Shown: in pieces, positions 1 to 11,190 of the stretch | Layout of the letters: each line of letters begins with the position of its first letter | How positions within the stretch are numbered: the stretch's first letter is position 1 | Assembly (NCBI GenBank): GCA_016906335.1 | Contig: JADEYG010000015.1 | Coordinates: 744,001 to 808,000 of the forward strand | Source of the DNA: Novakomyces olei | Lineage: Eukaryota | Direction: 5' to 3' | Length of the DNA: 64,000 nt | The notes under the pieces: model-generated | Told to the model about the DNA's origin: nothing | Database searches by the model: none | Seen by the model: only the letters and a program-made list of their open reading frames with translations | Made by a program: the position numbers and the translations under genes

Positions 1-1504
1 TACGCACTGAGCCAGCCTTCCGCCAATACAGGTCTCTGTCCCGTGCTGACAAGTCTTTGTGTCAGACGCATTTGAGTCGTCAGAACCAGAATTGCTTTGG
101 GCGTCTGCAGTGGTCGTGGCTTCAGGCGACTTTGAAGACACTAAGCTTGCCGGTACAGTCTGAGAACTTGGCGCTGCTTGTGCAGAGGACCAGTTGGTTT
201 CTGGCGCCTCCGTTGGCTGAGTCGTTTTATTCTGTGGTACTAGTGTAGTAGGGTTAGCGTTATCCTGTGTCGTTTCAGCAGGCTGCGGGACTCCTTGTGA
301 GCAGGTTTGCGTGGACGTTGTAGCAGACGGCTGCGGCGTAGATACCGATGTTTGGCTGGACTGTGACTCATGATCAATTTCCATCGACCGTCTCTTGATA
401 GTTTGTACGAATGAATTTCCATCTGAATCTTTGTTTGCAAAAGCCGAGCTCGCGTCCCAGATGGACACACCACCAAATTTATCATAGGTGGCCTGCAGTG
501 ACCGGGACAGATTGCCTATAAAATCTGCCGAAGCGTATCCAAAGGAAGCTGACTGAGCAGATCCAGGCACACCCATAAAGATGCGTACGTCTTTGTTAAT
601 GCTGTCTACTTGAGACCATTGTGACCAGTCTACAAAATTGAAATCAGGGCCTTGAGCATTGCAAAAGTTATTGTAAAACTGAATGAAGACAAAGTCAACA
701 TAAGAGTTTTCTAATAAGTTTCCCAGCACTCCGTCAGGGAAGGGGCATTGTGGTGCAGCAGATACAAGCACACCTGGGTTAATAGACCGCAATGTGCTTA
801 TGAAGTTGATAAATGCTGAAGCTTCTCCTGTTTCGATATCTATATCAAATCCGTCAACGACAGCATCATCAAATGGCCGCTGTGAGCTTGATCCGGTGCC
901 GAAGAAATCATTAAGCATGTGGGCTGCAGTAATTGCCATTGCGTCATCAACAAACCCGAATTCTGCTCCGGAGCCACCAATGGAGAGCAAGACTTTTTTG
1001 CCCCTTGACTGACAGGTCTTGATGTCCTGTCCTATTTGGCTGCAGTGTAATATATTTGTATTGGTGAAGTATGTTCCACACTGGTTGGAAAAATTGATCT
1101 CTGGCAATAGGTATGGCTCGGTGAGAGCGGTAACGAATGACAAAACTACTATATCAACATCGTCTGTGCAGTATTCCACCAGCCGGCCTTGATCCCCGTT
1201 TGAATTTTGTCCCCAGTAGATGGCTACATTGTTGTTGGCTTCCTTGTTGAACGCGAATACTTGGACTGCCAGTAAGGCAATTAACGTAAATAGCCGATTC
1301 TGTGTATTAGAAGGAAACAATGCACAAATTTTGAAAGATGGAGATGAAGTCAAACATGAATTATTGTATCTCGCAAAATGGTAAGGATCATTGAAGACTT
1401 GATCGATAAAGATCAAGTTTGCCCAAGACAACGAAAATGGACAATACTAATAGAATAAAACGGACATTTGAAATCGTGAGAAAAAAAAAGGCAACACGTA
1501 CCAT
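1..1504 (-). CDS. CTS1: GH18 class III (Cts1-like) secreted chitinase; 3' end runs off the window
   Basis: Absent from the ORF track; translated by hand. ATG-only exon 1502-1504, intron 1300-1501 (GTACGT...CTAATACACAG), then M-NRLFTLIALLAVQVFA signal, NVAIYWGQNS, KKVLLSIGG, intact catalytic DGFDIDIE, AAPQCPFPD, FIQFYNN, FGGVSIWDAS, a Ser/Thr-rich linker and the start of a Cys-rich module (CQHGTETCIGGRLAQC). Confidence 0.93.
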
Positions 1505-2609
1505 TGCAAAAACCGAGCCTATAAAGAGTTGCTCTGCAAACCGTTTTGTACTGTACAGCAGGCCAGTCGACTAGCTTTATATAGGATGGCGTTTGACAGC
1601 TGAGCTTTTGCAGATCCCTAAAATGTGAGAGCGGTCCAGGATTATCTTGATATACCCTTAGCTTTATTCATAGACATGACTCAAAATTAGTCAAAACCTT
1701 GTGTGCAACGGCCATTTGAACTGCCTAATACCAGCCCTAGAGTCCTTATCCAGACAGTCCCTTTCCGGTACAGATGGCTAGCAAGACTTTTAAGCGAATA
1801 ATTAGTTTACTCGCCCAAAAAGGAAACAGCCCATGCAAGCTAAGTGTCTCATTATACCATAAATGATAGGTGAAGCTGTCTCTAAGTAATTATTTTAATT
1901 ATTTTAAACGGTAAAACTATAAGCTTCCGATACTCGCCACATTCGGAAATATGCTTGAGCTAAATTCAGATAGTGAAGGCAGGACAGGCCGAATGTGATT
2001 ATAATATTAACACTCTATTGCGAAGCGCACTCTTCCCAAGTCTGCACTGTGTAGCAGCAGTCTTAAGTTTATCGAGAAGCGAAAACAATCACAGTACATA
2101 AATGGTCAGCAAACATTCGTATATAACCAAGATAGAGTATAAAGAAATATGAATAATGTGTTCAGAACAGACTCGAACCTTGTGAAAGTTTTTAACAAAG
2201 CCAAACCGTTGGCGCAGGGCTTGTCACCACTTTTTGGTACTGTATATGTTAGGCTATAATAATGTTCATTAAACGACACCATTCGACGCTAATGGCTCTT
2301 AAATTTTGGGTCCAATGCAAAAGCCATTGTGGTGCCGGTACAGGGTGCCGGCATCGGTAGCGCAAAACGTCCAATCGCTCTCCGGCGAAGTTCATAGCAC
2401 AAAGCGCCACGGTGCCAAGGGCGCCATCGCGCAAGAGATCATTGCTCTTTATACGTAAAACTTTGGTGTTGTAAAGGTAATGGAGATAGCGGTATAATAC
2501 AATATTTATAAGAAGAAAACATAGTTAACTATAATAAAAAGACACGGTTGGCACGGCGATAGACTCTTTATCAATATTTATATTCTGAACGGCAAACATT
2601 ATTCATAAT

Positions 2610-4466
2610 CTAGCCGAGTAGCTTGACCACTTTGCCGATGCCAATAGTAAGGTTTTGGTCACGCAGTGTAAACCGGCCAAGCTGTGCGTAGTCGGCAAAG
2701 CGCTCGATACAAATTGGTTTGGATGACTCGAGTCGGGCCACGATCTTCATTCCTTTGATGGCAAATTTTGGAGCTTGCTTACTCTTGCGGTTCCGTTTAT
2801 CTAGCTTGTGCAGTAACGCACCCACTCGGACTTCCTGGACCGCCGTGTGTACATACATGACGCAGCTGAAGCCGGCGGTCAACAGCGACTGCAAATCAAT
2901 TAAAGCAATTTGTGCCTCAAAGGAGGAAACACAGTGAACCGGGTCGGAAATAGACGACAAAACAAAGCCGGGTAATACATCCTGAAGTAAGTGATCTGTC
3001 CAATTTGGCATCAAAGCACGAATAACTTTTACGCAAAACAAAGGCAAAAGGTATAATAGTAAGGAATTTCTCAAAACACATGGCTAATTGGTTGAACATT
3101 AAACTCGTTCGTTGCTTACATCTTCTTCAATGCCCTTCACTTTAAGCCTGATTTGTTCGCCACAGACGGCGAGCTCCACTTCATCGTCCGTCTCATTAAA
3201 GATTGTCAGTACTTCCAACTCGCGCTTTTCCGGCATCATTACGACCTTTCCACGTTTCCGAACGTGCCCACTCTCAATCTTGCCCTCAATAATAATTCCC
3301 AAATCCTTAAACTTTGCCGATATGGGCATCATAAAAGATGCATTGACTTTACGCTCCAAAGTCTCCATGCCATCCAGGTATTCCAACAGCGAAGGCCCTT
3401 CCCACCACGAACAAACCTTTGGATCAAGACGATCTCGCAAATTGGCTCCTGTGTAAGCAGACACTGGAATGAAAAAAATGTCAGTCTTGGGATTGTAGCC
3501 GGCCTCCTTCTTCAAAAATTGAGCCAATTTGGTCGTACACTCGGTAAACCTTTCTTGGGACCATTGCACTGTTGGATCGTCCATCTTGTTAATAGCAACA
3601 ATAAGCCTATTAACACCTTGGGTACGAGCGAGCAACGCATGCTCCCGAGTTTGACCTCCACGCTCAAAACCCGTCTCGTACTCGCCCTTACGAGCCGATA
3701 TAACTAGAACGCCGACATCGGCCTGTGCGGCACCAGAAATCATGTTAGATACGTAACCCTTGTGACCAGGCGCGTCCAAGATAGAGTACCGACGCTTTTC
3801 CGTCTCAAAGTACGCGCGGCCAACCTCGACGGTCTTACCTTCAGATCGCTCTTCCTTTGTGGAATCCAGAGCCCAACTCAAGTACCAACTCTCTGTTCCG
3901 TTATCTTTGGCGTCCTTTTGATACTTTTCCAGTGTACGCTTGTCCACCATGCCCGTCAATACCAGTAAATTACCACCCAGCGTGGATTTTCCCGCATCCA
4001 CGTGTCCAATAAACACAATGTTTACGTGTTCTTTGCCATACAATTCTTGTACTACTTCACGATCAACTTTTTCCTGTTCCTTCTGTACCGCATCTGCCTC
4101 ACGACGCTTCGCCAAAGTGCTTTCTTTGGGAGCACTTTCTTTGACCGCGCTCTCCTTGACTGCATTATCCTTGGCAGGAGCTTCCTTCTCAGCCTTTACT
4201 TCACCATTTTGTACCTGTACAGGCTGTGCAGAAGAAGCAGTAGCTCGCGACTGAGCCTGAGCCTGAGTCTGAGCCTGAGGCTGTGCTAGCTGTGCTTGCT
4301 GTGCTTCGGGTGGGGCCACTTCTGCTGGTTTGAATGAAGGAGCAGCCGCAGAGAAACTAAAAGCTGGAGCGTTTGCGTTCAGACTCAGTTTACTAGTTTG
4401 CTGAGGTAAAGTGCACGCATCTGCACTTTGCTCCCAATCGTCCGCAGGCGCATCTTGGCTCGACAT
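2610..4466 (-). CDS. SUP35: Translation termination factor eRF3
   Basis: GHVDAGKST, DAPGH and INKMDD GTPase motifs; C-terminal LGRFTLRD. Intron 2982-3119 (GTAAGC...CTTACTTCAG) joins the two ORFs as IEED|DVLPGFVL. N-terminus has a PAM2-like segment (SKLSLNANAPAF) and no Q/N prion domain. Confidence 0.97.
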
Positions 4467-4625
4467 TGTGCTAATGGCGCTCGGAGAACGTAGAGCCCAA
4501 ATCGGCCGTCGATTGATTATCGAAATTTTTTTAATTTTGACGAGAAGCGATAGTAGGATACCCGTACGTAAAAATGCAAGTACGATTGTCGAGACATTCC
4601 CTATATTTGAACGAAATAAATAAAT

Positions 4626-4820
4626 GTATGGATAAAGTATGGATAAAGTGTGGATAAAGTATGGATAAAGTATGGGTAAAGTATGGATAAAGTATGGGTA
4701 AAGTATGGATAAAGTATGGATAATATATGGATAAAGTATGGATAATATATGGATATAGTATGGATAATATATGGATAATGTATGGATAACGTTGGATAAC
4801 GTTGAATAACGCTGGATAGT
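4626..4820. repeat. 11-bp minisatellite (GTATGGATAAA), about 17 progressively diverging copies
   Basis: Directly visible in the divergent SUP35/YRB30 spacer. Confidence 0.95.
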
Positions 4821-5236
4821 GTGTACGAGGTTACCCCAGGACTAGATTTGTTATTGTCAAGCGCAAGAATACGTTGCTTCGCGTTGAAGGTGGGCGTAGC
4901 TCGTAAGCCAGAAGCTTTTCCATCTCAATCGAAACTGGAAAAGAATGTTGAGTGGTGTACATGTTGAGTGGTGTACGGTAGCGGGCTCACAGCAATCACA
5001 GTAGAGCGTATCTGGACAATACCAACAAAATTTGTAACAATAAAGGCACAGAACGTCACATTTAACAACTTGCAGGTCAAAGGCAATACAGGTGTGTTGG
5101 AGCGGTGGCGATACTTGACCCCAGTCGCAAACTAGCGGATTACTATTTTCACAGTTTCTATTTAAACCCTTTAACAAAACTCAAGGATTGGTGGTACGGC
5201 GCAAAACACAATGCCAAACACAACGGCTGACTCGTA

Positions 5237-6934
5237 ATGGACGAGCTATTATCACGGTTTGGCACGCAGGCGGCCACGATAGCCACTACTTTTGCTTTGC
5301 GTAGCAGTTTAAATTTGGCTGGGACTTTTGCAGTACGGCAAGTCTCTCGTTTCATACAGGATGCCGCGTCTCACCAGGATCAGGCACAGTTACAGCGATT
5401 AAAAAGCCGACTCGATCAAAAAATCCGTATTATTACTCCCGCCATTGATCTGATAGAGATCATTGCCGCCCGTGGTAATACTAGCCTTGACAACACGGTA
5501 CAGCTGACCAGCGCGCTTCGCAGTGATATCGATGGATTCGCTCGACGTGTTGCAGATACAACCGATCTGCTGGAGGCAACGTCCACTAACAAAGGCTCCA
5601 GCGCCGGAGCCAGGTCTACGCGTGATATGAAGCATGCAGCACAGCGCGTTTTATCAGAAATGGAGGAGCTTTTACGGAGGATAGAAGATGCTGTCCCTCT
5701 GATCTCTTTAGCCCTCACTACTTCGGGCGTCAGCCTTTCTTCATCTCTTCCAGACAACGTTTCGCCGTCTCGGCTGCTACAGGCTTCTGCTTGCTTGCAA
5801 GATGGTGACCTACATTTCATGTCAAAGCAACAACAAGGAAGAAAAGAATCCGCTATTGGGCCCATCTTTTACTTTACAATGTACGTAATCTTCTCTGCTA
5901 GCTCGCGTATCAACAACCCTGCGAGTAATACGGCGACCGACGTGTCATGGAAGGAGGAGTACCCAAAGTGTCGGGTGCGAGTTGTAAGGGTACCAGGCTC
6001 TCACGCTTCCCATTCTCTTCTCGGCCGTGAACCGTACGAGTACATGATTGAGATTGCTGAAGACTTGGATGACGGAAGGTATCACGAGGAAGATGACGAA
6101 GAACAAGACGGCATCACTAGGCGTGCTACGAAAAAGGAAAAAGAAAAAGCCTTTGGTCATGGCAGAATAGGGCATATACGACACTTTTCTGCTCGAATAG
6201 TCAAAAAAATATTTTTCTCTGCCTCAGGGAGGCTATTAAATATTGAGGAAGCAAAGACACCAGTCTTGGTACTAAAGCTACAACATCCAACTCAAGCCGA
6301 TCAGTCGAATCAAGTGGAAGAGGAGGCAGAAGATGAGGATACGAGCGAGGTAGAATGGATCGCCTTTGAGCTTTATTCTCAGCCGGCTTCAAGCCCCGGT
6401 GCGTCCGATGACGAAGGCGAAAGCCTGTCGATAGCAGAGTCCTCTAAATCAGATGGCGACTCGGCTGATGACTCGGACGAGTCCCAGCCGCTTGAGGGAA
6501 TAATTGGCGGCAAGAAAGGACAATATAAAGAAGGAGGCGCATCTTCAACCAAAGGCGAAGACCTGACCAGAGCAATGGACAGCTTGAGCCTGGCTCGAGA
6601 ATCATTCACATCTATGACCAAAGGCTCACGTGACGTGTCGCTTAGTCTTTTCGAGTACGTGATTCGGCTGTGTGCCTGCCAAATGTCGGTCCAAGCTTCT
6701 GTGCTTGAAATTCCAGATGAGCAAATTAATCTGTTTCTTCGGGATGAGAACGAGTTTGCTAAAACTATCGCCTCTGAGCCTGAGCTGCTACAAACAAGCC
6801 GTACAAGTTCTGCGCCGACAGCACGGTTACGGCCCCGTAACCGGAATTCCAACAGCAATTTGTCGTTTGATTATGGAACGCCTGTCAATTCCGGTAGACT
6901 GGCGAGCTCACCACTAGGCCGCTACTCTTCTTGA
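5237..6934 (+). CDS. YRB30: RanGTP-binding protein, Yrb30-like
   Basis: 565-aa ORF; MDELLSRFGTQA..TFALRS, KIRIITPAIDLIEIIAARGNTSL, EDLDDGRYH and SLSLFEYVIRL match the fungal Ran-binding family. Confidence 0.85.
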   Translation: MDELLSRFGTQAATIATTFALRSSLNLAGTFAVRQVSRFIQDAASHQDQAQLQRLKSRLDQKIRIITPAIDLIEIIAARGNTSLDNTVQLTSALRSDIDGFARRVADTTDLLEATSTNKGSSAGARSTRDMKHAAQRVLSEMEELLRRIEDAVPLISLALTTSGVSLSSSLPDNVSPSRLLQASACLQDGDLHFMSKQQQGRKESAIGPIFYFTMYVIFSASSRINNPASNTATDVSWKEEYPKCRVRVVRVPGSHASHSLLGREPYEYMIEIAEDLDDGRYHEEDDEEQDGITRRATKKEKEKAFGHGRIGHIRHFSARIVKKIFFSASGRLLNIEEAKTPVLVLKLQHPTQADQSNQVEEEAEDEDTSEVEWIAFELYSQPASSPGASDDEGESLSIAESSKSDGDSADDSDESQPLEGIIGGKKGQYKEGGASSTKGEDLTRAMDSLSLARESFTSMTKGSRDVSLSLFEYVIRLCACQMSVQASVLEIPDEQINLFLRDENEFAKTIASEPELLQTSRTSSAPTARLRPRNRNSNSNLSFDYGTPVNSGRLASSPLGRYSS

Positions 6935-7747
6935 ATTAGAGAAAAACAAGTATAGGATGACTGTATTTCAATTTATACATGTTTACAGTTGGCGATAAGG
7001 GATAAAGGAGGCGTATGGGGGAATTGATATCTGCTATTCGCTGGTATCTCCTTTACCGCACTAAACGTTTGCCCTGTAAGAGCCCTGTGAGGAGCCCTGT
7101 GAGGTTGATCCGATGTTTCAACTGCCCAAGGGCAATACTTTGCAGACAGTGACACGCGAGCGCACCACCGTTAATTTACGCCAATTATTAATAATGATTA
7201 TTTGAACATGAGCCCTAAGCGTACCGCTGTGGTCTGGTTTCATAGTCGGTATAGAAAATTGCTATACGGCAAGTGCAATACTGTAAACAAGAAGTGATCC
7301 GATATAGTCGGTTTCGCAAAACTCTCTACCTTGTCTCGACGACGATTGTTTACTGTATGCGCACCATTTAAATAGCGCAGTATAATACGCGTCATACTGA
7401 TTACCTTGCTCATAGAATTTGGTCATAAAACATGCTCATAAAACTTGGTCATTAAGCTTACTCATAAGCGTACTCACCAAGTTCACTAACCAAACTACTA
7501 TACTCATTAAAGTTACTGTTAGAGTTTTATATTGTGCCAAGTTCTCAAGGTAGAACAATTGAATACGCAACGAACAACAGCATCAGCTGAATCCCCCAAG
7601 AGTATTGAGATATATATAACGTGTTTTAAAGAGAGATTCGGTAAACTAAGGTCAAACAAATGCCACACACGTTAGATGTATCTGAATTTGGAAAAGGTAA
7701 ACGACAGTGTATGAGGGATAGTAGATTCATATTTCAACAATGCTCAC

Positions 7748-7777
7748 TAAGCTTACTCTAAGCTTAGAGTAAGCTTA
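7748..7777. repeat. Perfect 30-bp palindrome
   Basis: TAAGCTTACTCTAAGCTTAGAGTAAGCTTA equals its own reverse complement. Confidence 0.95.
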
Positions 7778-7969
7778 CTGTAGGCCAAAATACCGAATAT
7801 ATCCCGTCGTAAACTAAACACTTGCTCGTGGAGTTAAGTAATTTCTCGTGCCGGAGCAGGCAGTGACCCGTGCACATTACCAAAATAGAAAATAGTAATA
7901 AAAAGGGATAAAATTTTACGTTTACAATTACACAGTTTGACGCGTGTCGTCGCGTTATATTATAATTAA

Positions 7970-8056
7970 TAAAATTTACAATTAATATTACAATTAACTT
8001 TACAATTAATTTTACAATAAAATTTACAATAAAATTTACAATAAATCGTACAATTA
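7970..8056. repeat. Degenerate 12-bp AT-rich tandem repeat (TTTACAATWAAW)
   Basis: Visible upstream of the protease ATG. Confidence 0.8.
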
Positions 8057-8170
8057 TATCAGCGTAATACCATTAGGTCATCTAAGCCCTGCCAAGCCTA
8101 CATTCGTATTGCCGAATGCATTACCTCATGCACGGCAGAGTCCTCCCTGGACCTTGTCTCACAGCCCACA

Positions 8171-9991
8171 ATGCCGCAGTGGACAATGGTTCTGTGGGCG
8201 GCAATTGTGGTAGCGGCTGTTTTGCAGCACACTGTACTAGCTGACTCCCAGCCGAAACTGCCCCTCGTGCGGAGGGGATCGTCTCCGCTGGACGCGGACG
8301 CGATCGTGCACGAACGCGTCCGTGTGCAGGCAAAGCATGATATACACAGCGGCCACCGCCGTCGGCAGCAGACGGTTCCCTTGGAGGACCAAGTATCGCC
8401 GGGCGTGTTCCCCGTGGACACTCTGTACTCGGCCGCAGTAGAGATCGGCACTCCGCCGCAAACGTTCTACGTCCAACTGGACACGGGCTCTTCCGACCTT
8501 TGGGTGCCCAACACAGACTGCCGATCGTGCAATACCTCTGGTGCTGCACTGTTTGAGGGCAATGCCTCTGCCACGTTCCACAGCGACAGCTCTAGAGCGC
8601 AATTGGTCTATGGACTCGGTGCAGTAGACGCAGAGAGCGTCGCTGACACAGTGCGCTTTGGGAATATCAGCGTTGAGCAGATGGCTTTTGGCTCTGTCGC
8701 GGATCAGTACGAGCTCTCTTTTCCCAGCGCTCTCGGCGTGTTTGGTATCGGGTTCCCTCTAAACTCTCGGCTGTCGCGTGACACGTTTATCTCTCGTGCT
8801 TACGCTCAGGGATCTATTCCGGCTCTGCAGTTTTCTCTAAACCTCCGCAGGTTTGCTGGCAGGAGTGATAGTGGTAGTGGCAGTGACAATGACAATGACA
8901 ATAACAATGACGAAACCTCTGGAGCAGGGGCAATTACACTGGGCGGGTACGATACAGAGGCTATTGCGGGCGAGATGCAGTGGATAGACGGGCTGAGCCG
9001 GTCCTTCTACGCTGTCCCCCTGCAGGGCGTCAGTGTAGGCAGCGGAGCGGCCGCTGCCTCTGGCAGTTTTGCCTCTCCAGCGATCCTGGACTCCGGCACT
9101 ACCCTGGGCTATGGCCCCAGGGCTCAAGTAGCGGCAGTTTATGCGCTCTTTGACGATGCTCGGTGGGCAGATGACATTGACCTCTACTACTTTGCCTGTG
9201 ACCGAGTGGCCAATCTCTCGTTTGTCATTGACGGGCAGTCGTACGCCATCGACGCTTCCGATCTCGTACAGGGAACACTGTTCCGCGACGGGCAGCAGTG
9301 GTGTATCGGGTCTCTGCAGCCGGGATCGCTGCAGCTGGAAACGGGCCAGCAGGCTTGGCTGCTGGGCGATACTTTCCTCAAGAACGTTGTCTCTGTCTAC
9401 GACCTGCAGCGGAACCGGGTTGGGTTGGCTGCGCATAGTAACGCGAGCACTGAGGGCGAGTTTACTGTGCTGCCAGAGTCTCTGCTGGCCACTGCCGTGC
9501 CTGGCTCAGGCACCGGTGGACCTGCAACTTATGTGCCCTACAGCGAACCACCGAGAACTGTGCTCGTCACTGACGGCAGCCAGATTGCTACTGCTGCCGG
9601 ACCTGATCACGTTTCCTGGACTACTTATACCGGCAGCGTTAGACCAGTGTCTACTGCCTCTGTAACTGTGCCGGGGATTTTTGTCTCACAGACTGCCACA
9701 CCTGCCACTGCCTCCCATTCGTCATCTGATTCGTCATCTGATTCATCATCTGACTCGCGTTCAGAGTCTCGCTCTGTACCGTCTGCTGTTACGTCTCAAA
9801 GTTCTTTTACGTCTCAGCCTTCTTCATCGACAGAGTCCACCACGGCTCTAAGCTCTATGGCGGACACGACTTCTTCCATGGCCGCGTCTGGTTCTGCAGT
9901 TACAAGTACGGACGCAGACAGTGGCAGTGTGCACCGCTCATGGTCGGGGCTGGCGGGTTTTATAGCCATTCTGTCTGTTTTGGCTGCATAG
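8171..9991 (+). CDS. Secreted pepsin-family (A1) aspartyl protease, yapsin-like, probably GPI-anchored
   Basis: Signal peptide, RRR pro-site, catalytic DTGSS and DSGTT, LLGDTFLKN, Ser/Thr-rich stalk, hydrophobic C-terminus. Confidence 0.92.
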   Translation: MPQWTMVLWAAIVVAAVLQHTVLADSQPKLPLVRRGSSPLDADAIVHERVRVQAKHDIHSGHRRRQQTVPLEDQVSPGVFPVDTLYSAAVEIGTPPQTFYVQLDTGSSDLWVPNTDCRSCNTSGAALFEGNASATFHSDSSRAQLVYGLGAVDAESVADTVRFGNISVEQMAFGSVADQYELSFPSALGVFGIGFPLNSRLSRDTFISRAYAQGSIPALQFSLNLRRFAGRSDSGSGSDNDNDNNNDETSGAGAITLGGYDTEAIAGEMQWIDGLSRSFYAVPLQGVSVGSGAAAASGSFASPAILDSGTTLGYGPRAQVAAVYALFDDARWADDIDLYYFACDRVANLSFVIDGQSYAIDASDLVQGTLFRDGQQWCIGSLQPGSLQLETGQQAWLLGDTFLKNVVSVYDLQRNRVGLAAHSNASTEGEFTVLPESLLATAVPGSGTGGPATYVPYSEPPRTVLVTDGSQIATAAGPDHVSWTTYTGSVRPVSTASVTVPGIFVSQTATPATASHSSSDSSSDSSSDSRSESRSVPSAVTSQSSFTSQPSSSTESTTALSSMADTTSSMAASGSAVTSTDADSGSVHRSWSGLAGFIAILSVLAA

Positions 9992-10321
9992 GGAGCGTTT
10001 GTTTTTCCTCACATTTTTACCCTTCAGACTGGTCTGAAGGCGCGTGCATGTGGTATCAAAAAGTAGAGATTGAGGTGTCTAAATTTTATATGAATAAAGC
10101 TGGATTTTGAATTAGTAATGCTCAGAAAGCGACAACGTATTTTGCATTCTAGTCACGTTGAAGTGTAGATTGCTATACAGTAAACGTCAATATCAGCCAT
10201 ACTTGGTCCTGTATGTGCATGTATAATCAAACACATTCATCGTGACACAAGTCGGTACATCAAACTGCCCACCGCGATGCGCTCAGCTATTTACATAAAA
10301 AATAAGAGTAAAACAGCGATA

Positions 10322-10948
10322 TCAGTCCCGCTTGTTCGCCTCCAGAGCTGCTTTCATATCGGCAATGGCTCCCTGAGGGTAGTAGTCGTCATTAAGCGCA
10401 GTACTGCCGCCCCATACTGTAGTATTACGAGGATTCAGTAGCAAAGCGCCTCGCTTAACTTGAACCTGAGAAACTAGAAGCTTACTTCCCAGCGGCATCG
10501 ACGAGCGAATACCCGCAACTTGCTCGTCAGTGTAAGCATAAACAACCGAACCTGCCGCGTCCTGAAGTGTAAGTCGAAAAGGACCTTTTCCCGAAGTATC
10601 AATCGCGTTCTTTTCCTCATCGTCTTTTGGCGTAACAATTTTCGTGCCCATAGAGTCCTGTAGATTTTCCAATTGATGAAACAGGCTAACGCCCGTATCG
10701 CGCACGTGGACGACTTGCAAACATATTGGGCCTTTCAAAGTTTCCGACACATAATCCTCAATATCGCGAGGCAAAACGTTGGTTTGAGAGTCAATGGCCG
10801 CCGTTATTTCAGAATTGAGTATGTATGCTTTTGCTAGTGCTGCCACCGCTGCCGCGTCACCGCCAGCAGCGGAAATCTGTGCTGATATTTTGGCCGCAAA
10901 TTCCGGTCGTAATGATACTCCAAGGATCTCTTTGACTAGCGCAGACAT
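10322..10948 (-). CDS. RMI1: RMI1 N-terminal OB-fold protein (Top3/RecQ partner)
   Basis: QVVHVRDTGVS..RLTLQD..LGSKLLV..VKRGALLL..WGG pattern of the RMI1_N domain. Confidence 0.75.
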   Translation of the reverse strand: MSALVKEILGVSLRPEFAAKISAQISAAGGDAAAVAALAKAYILNSEITAAIDSQTNVLPRDIEDYVSETLKGPICLQVVHVRDTGVSLFHQLENLQDSMGTKIVTPKDDEEKNAIDTSGKGPFRLTLQDAAGSVVYAYTDEQVAGIRSSMPLGSKLLVSQVQVKRGALLLNPRNTTVWGGSTALNDDYYPQGAIADMKAALEANKRD

Positions 10949-10994
10949 GAGCGTCCATTCATTCGCTCATTGAATTGGGCAGTTGATAAGAATA

Positions 10995-11023
10995 TTATAA
11001 TAAATAATTAAATAAACAAATAA

Positions 11024-11059
<36 letters not shown>

Positions 11060-11060
11060 A
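10995..11060. repeat. (TAAA)n tract
   Basis: Visible in the divergent RMI1/CLIP-170 spacer. Confidence 0.85.
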
Positions 11061-11190
11061 CACATAAAGGCCTCACGTAAACACCTCACCAAGTACGAAC
11101 CTTAGTCTTTCAACATACCTCCAACAACAAAGTCTAAATCAATTTGCCGTTACCCAAGTCAATTTGCATACAATATTTGGGCCTAATTTC

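Noticed and set aside
2160-2190. GGTTCGAGTC on the minus strand, resembling a tRNA T-loop or B box
   Set aside because: No T-stem, acceptor stem or cloverleaf can be formed; at most an isolated B-box-like word.
4030-4466. Sup35 prion domain
   Set aside because: Only a short QA-rich stretch and no Q/N/Y oligopeptide repeats. Sharing the window with the read-through candidate is treated as coincidence.
10021-10040. CCTTCAGAC-TG-GTCTGAAGG hairpin after the protease stop as a Helitron end or terminator
   Set aside because: No CTRR terminus at the expected distance and no other element features.
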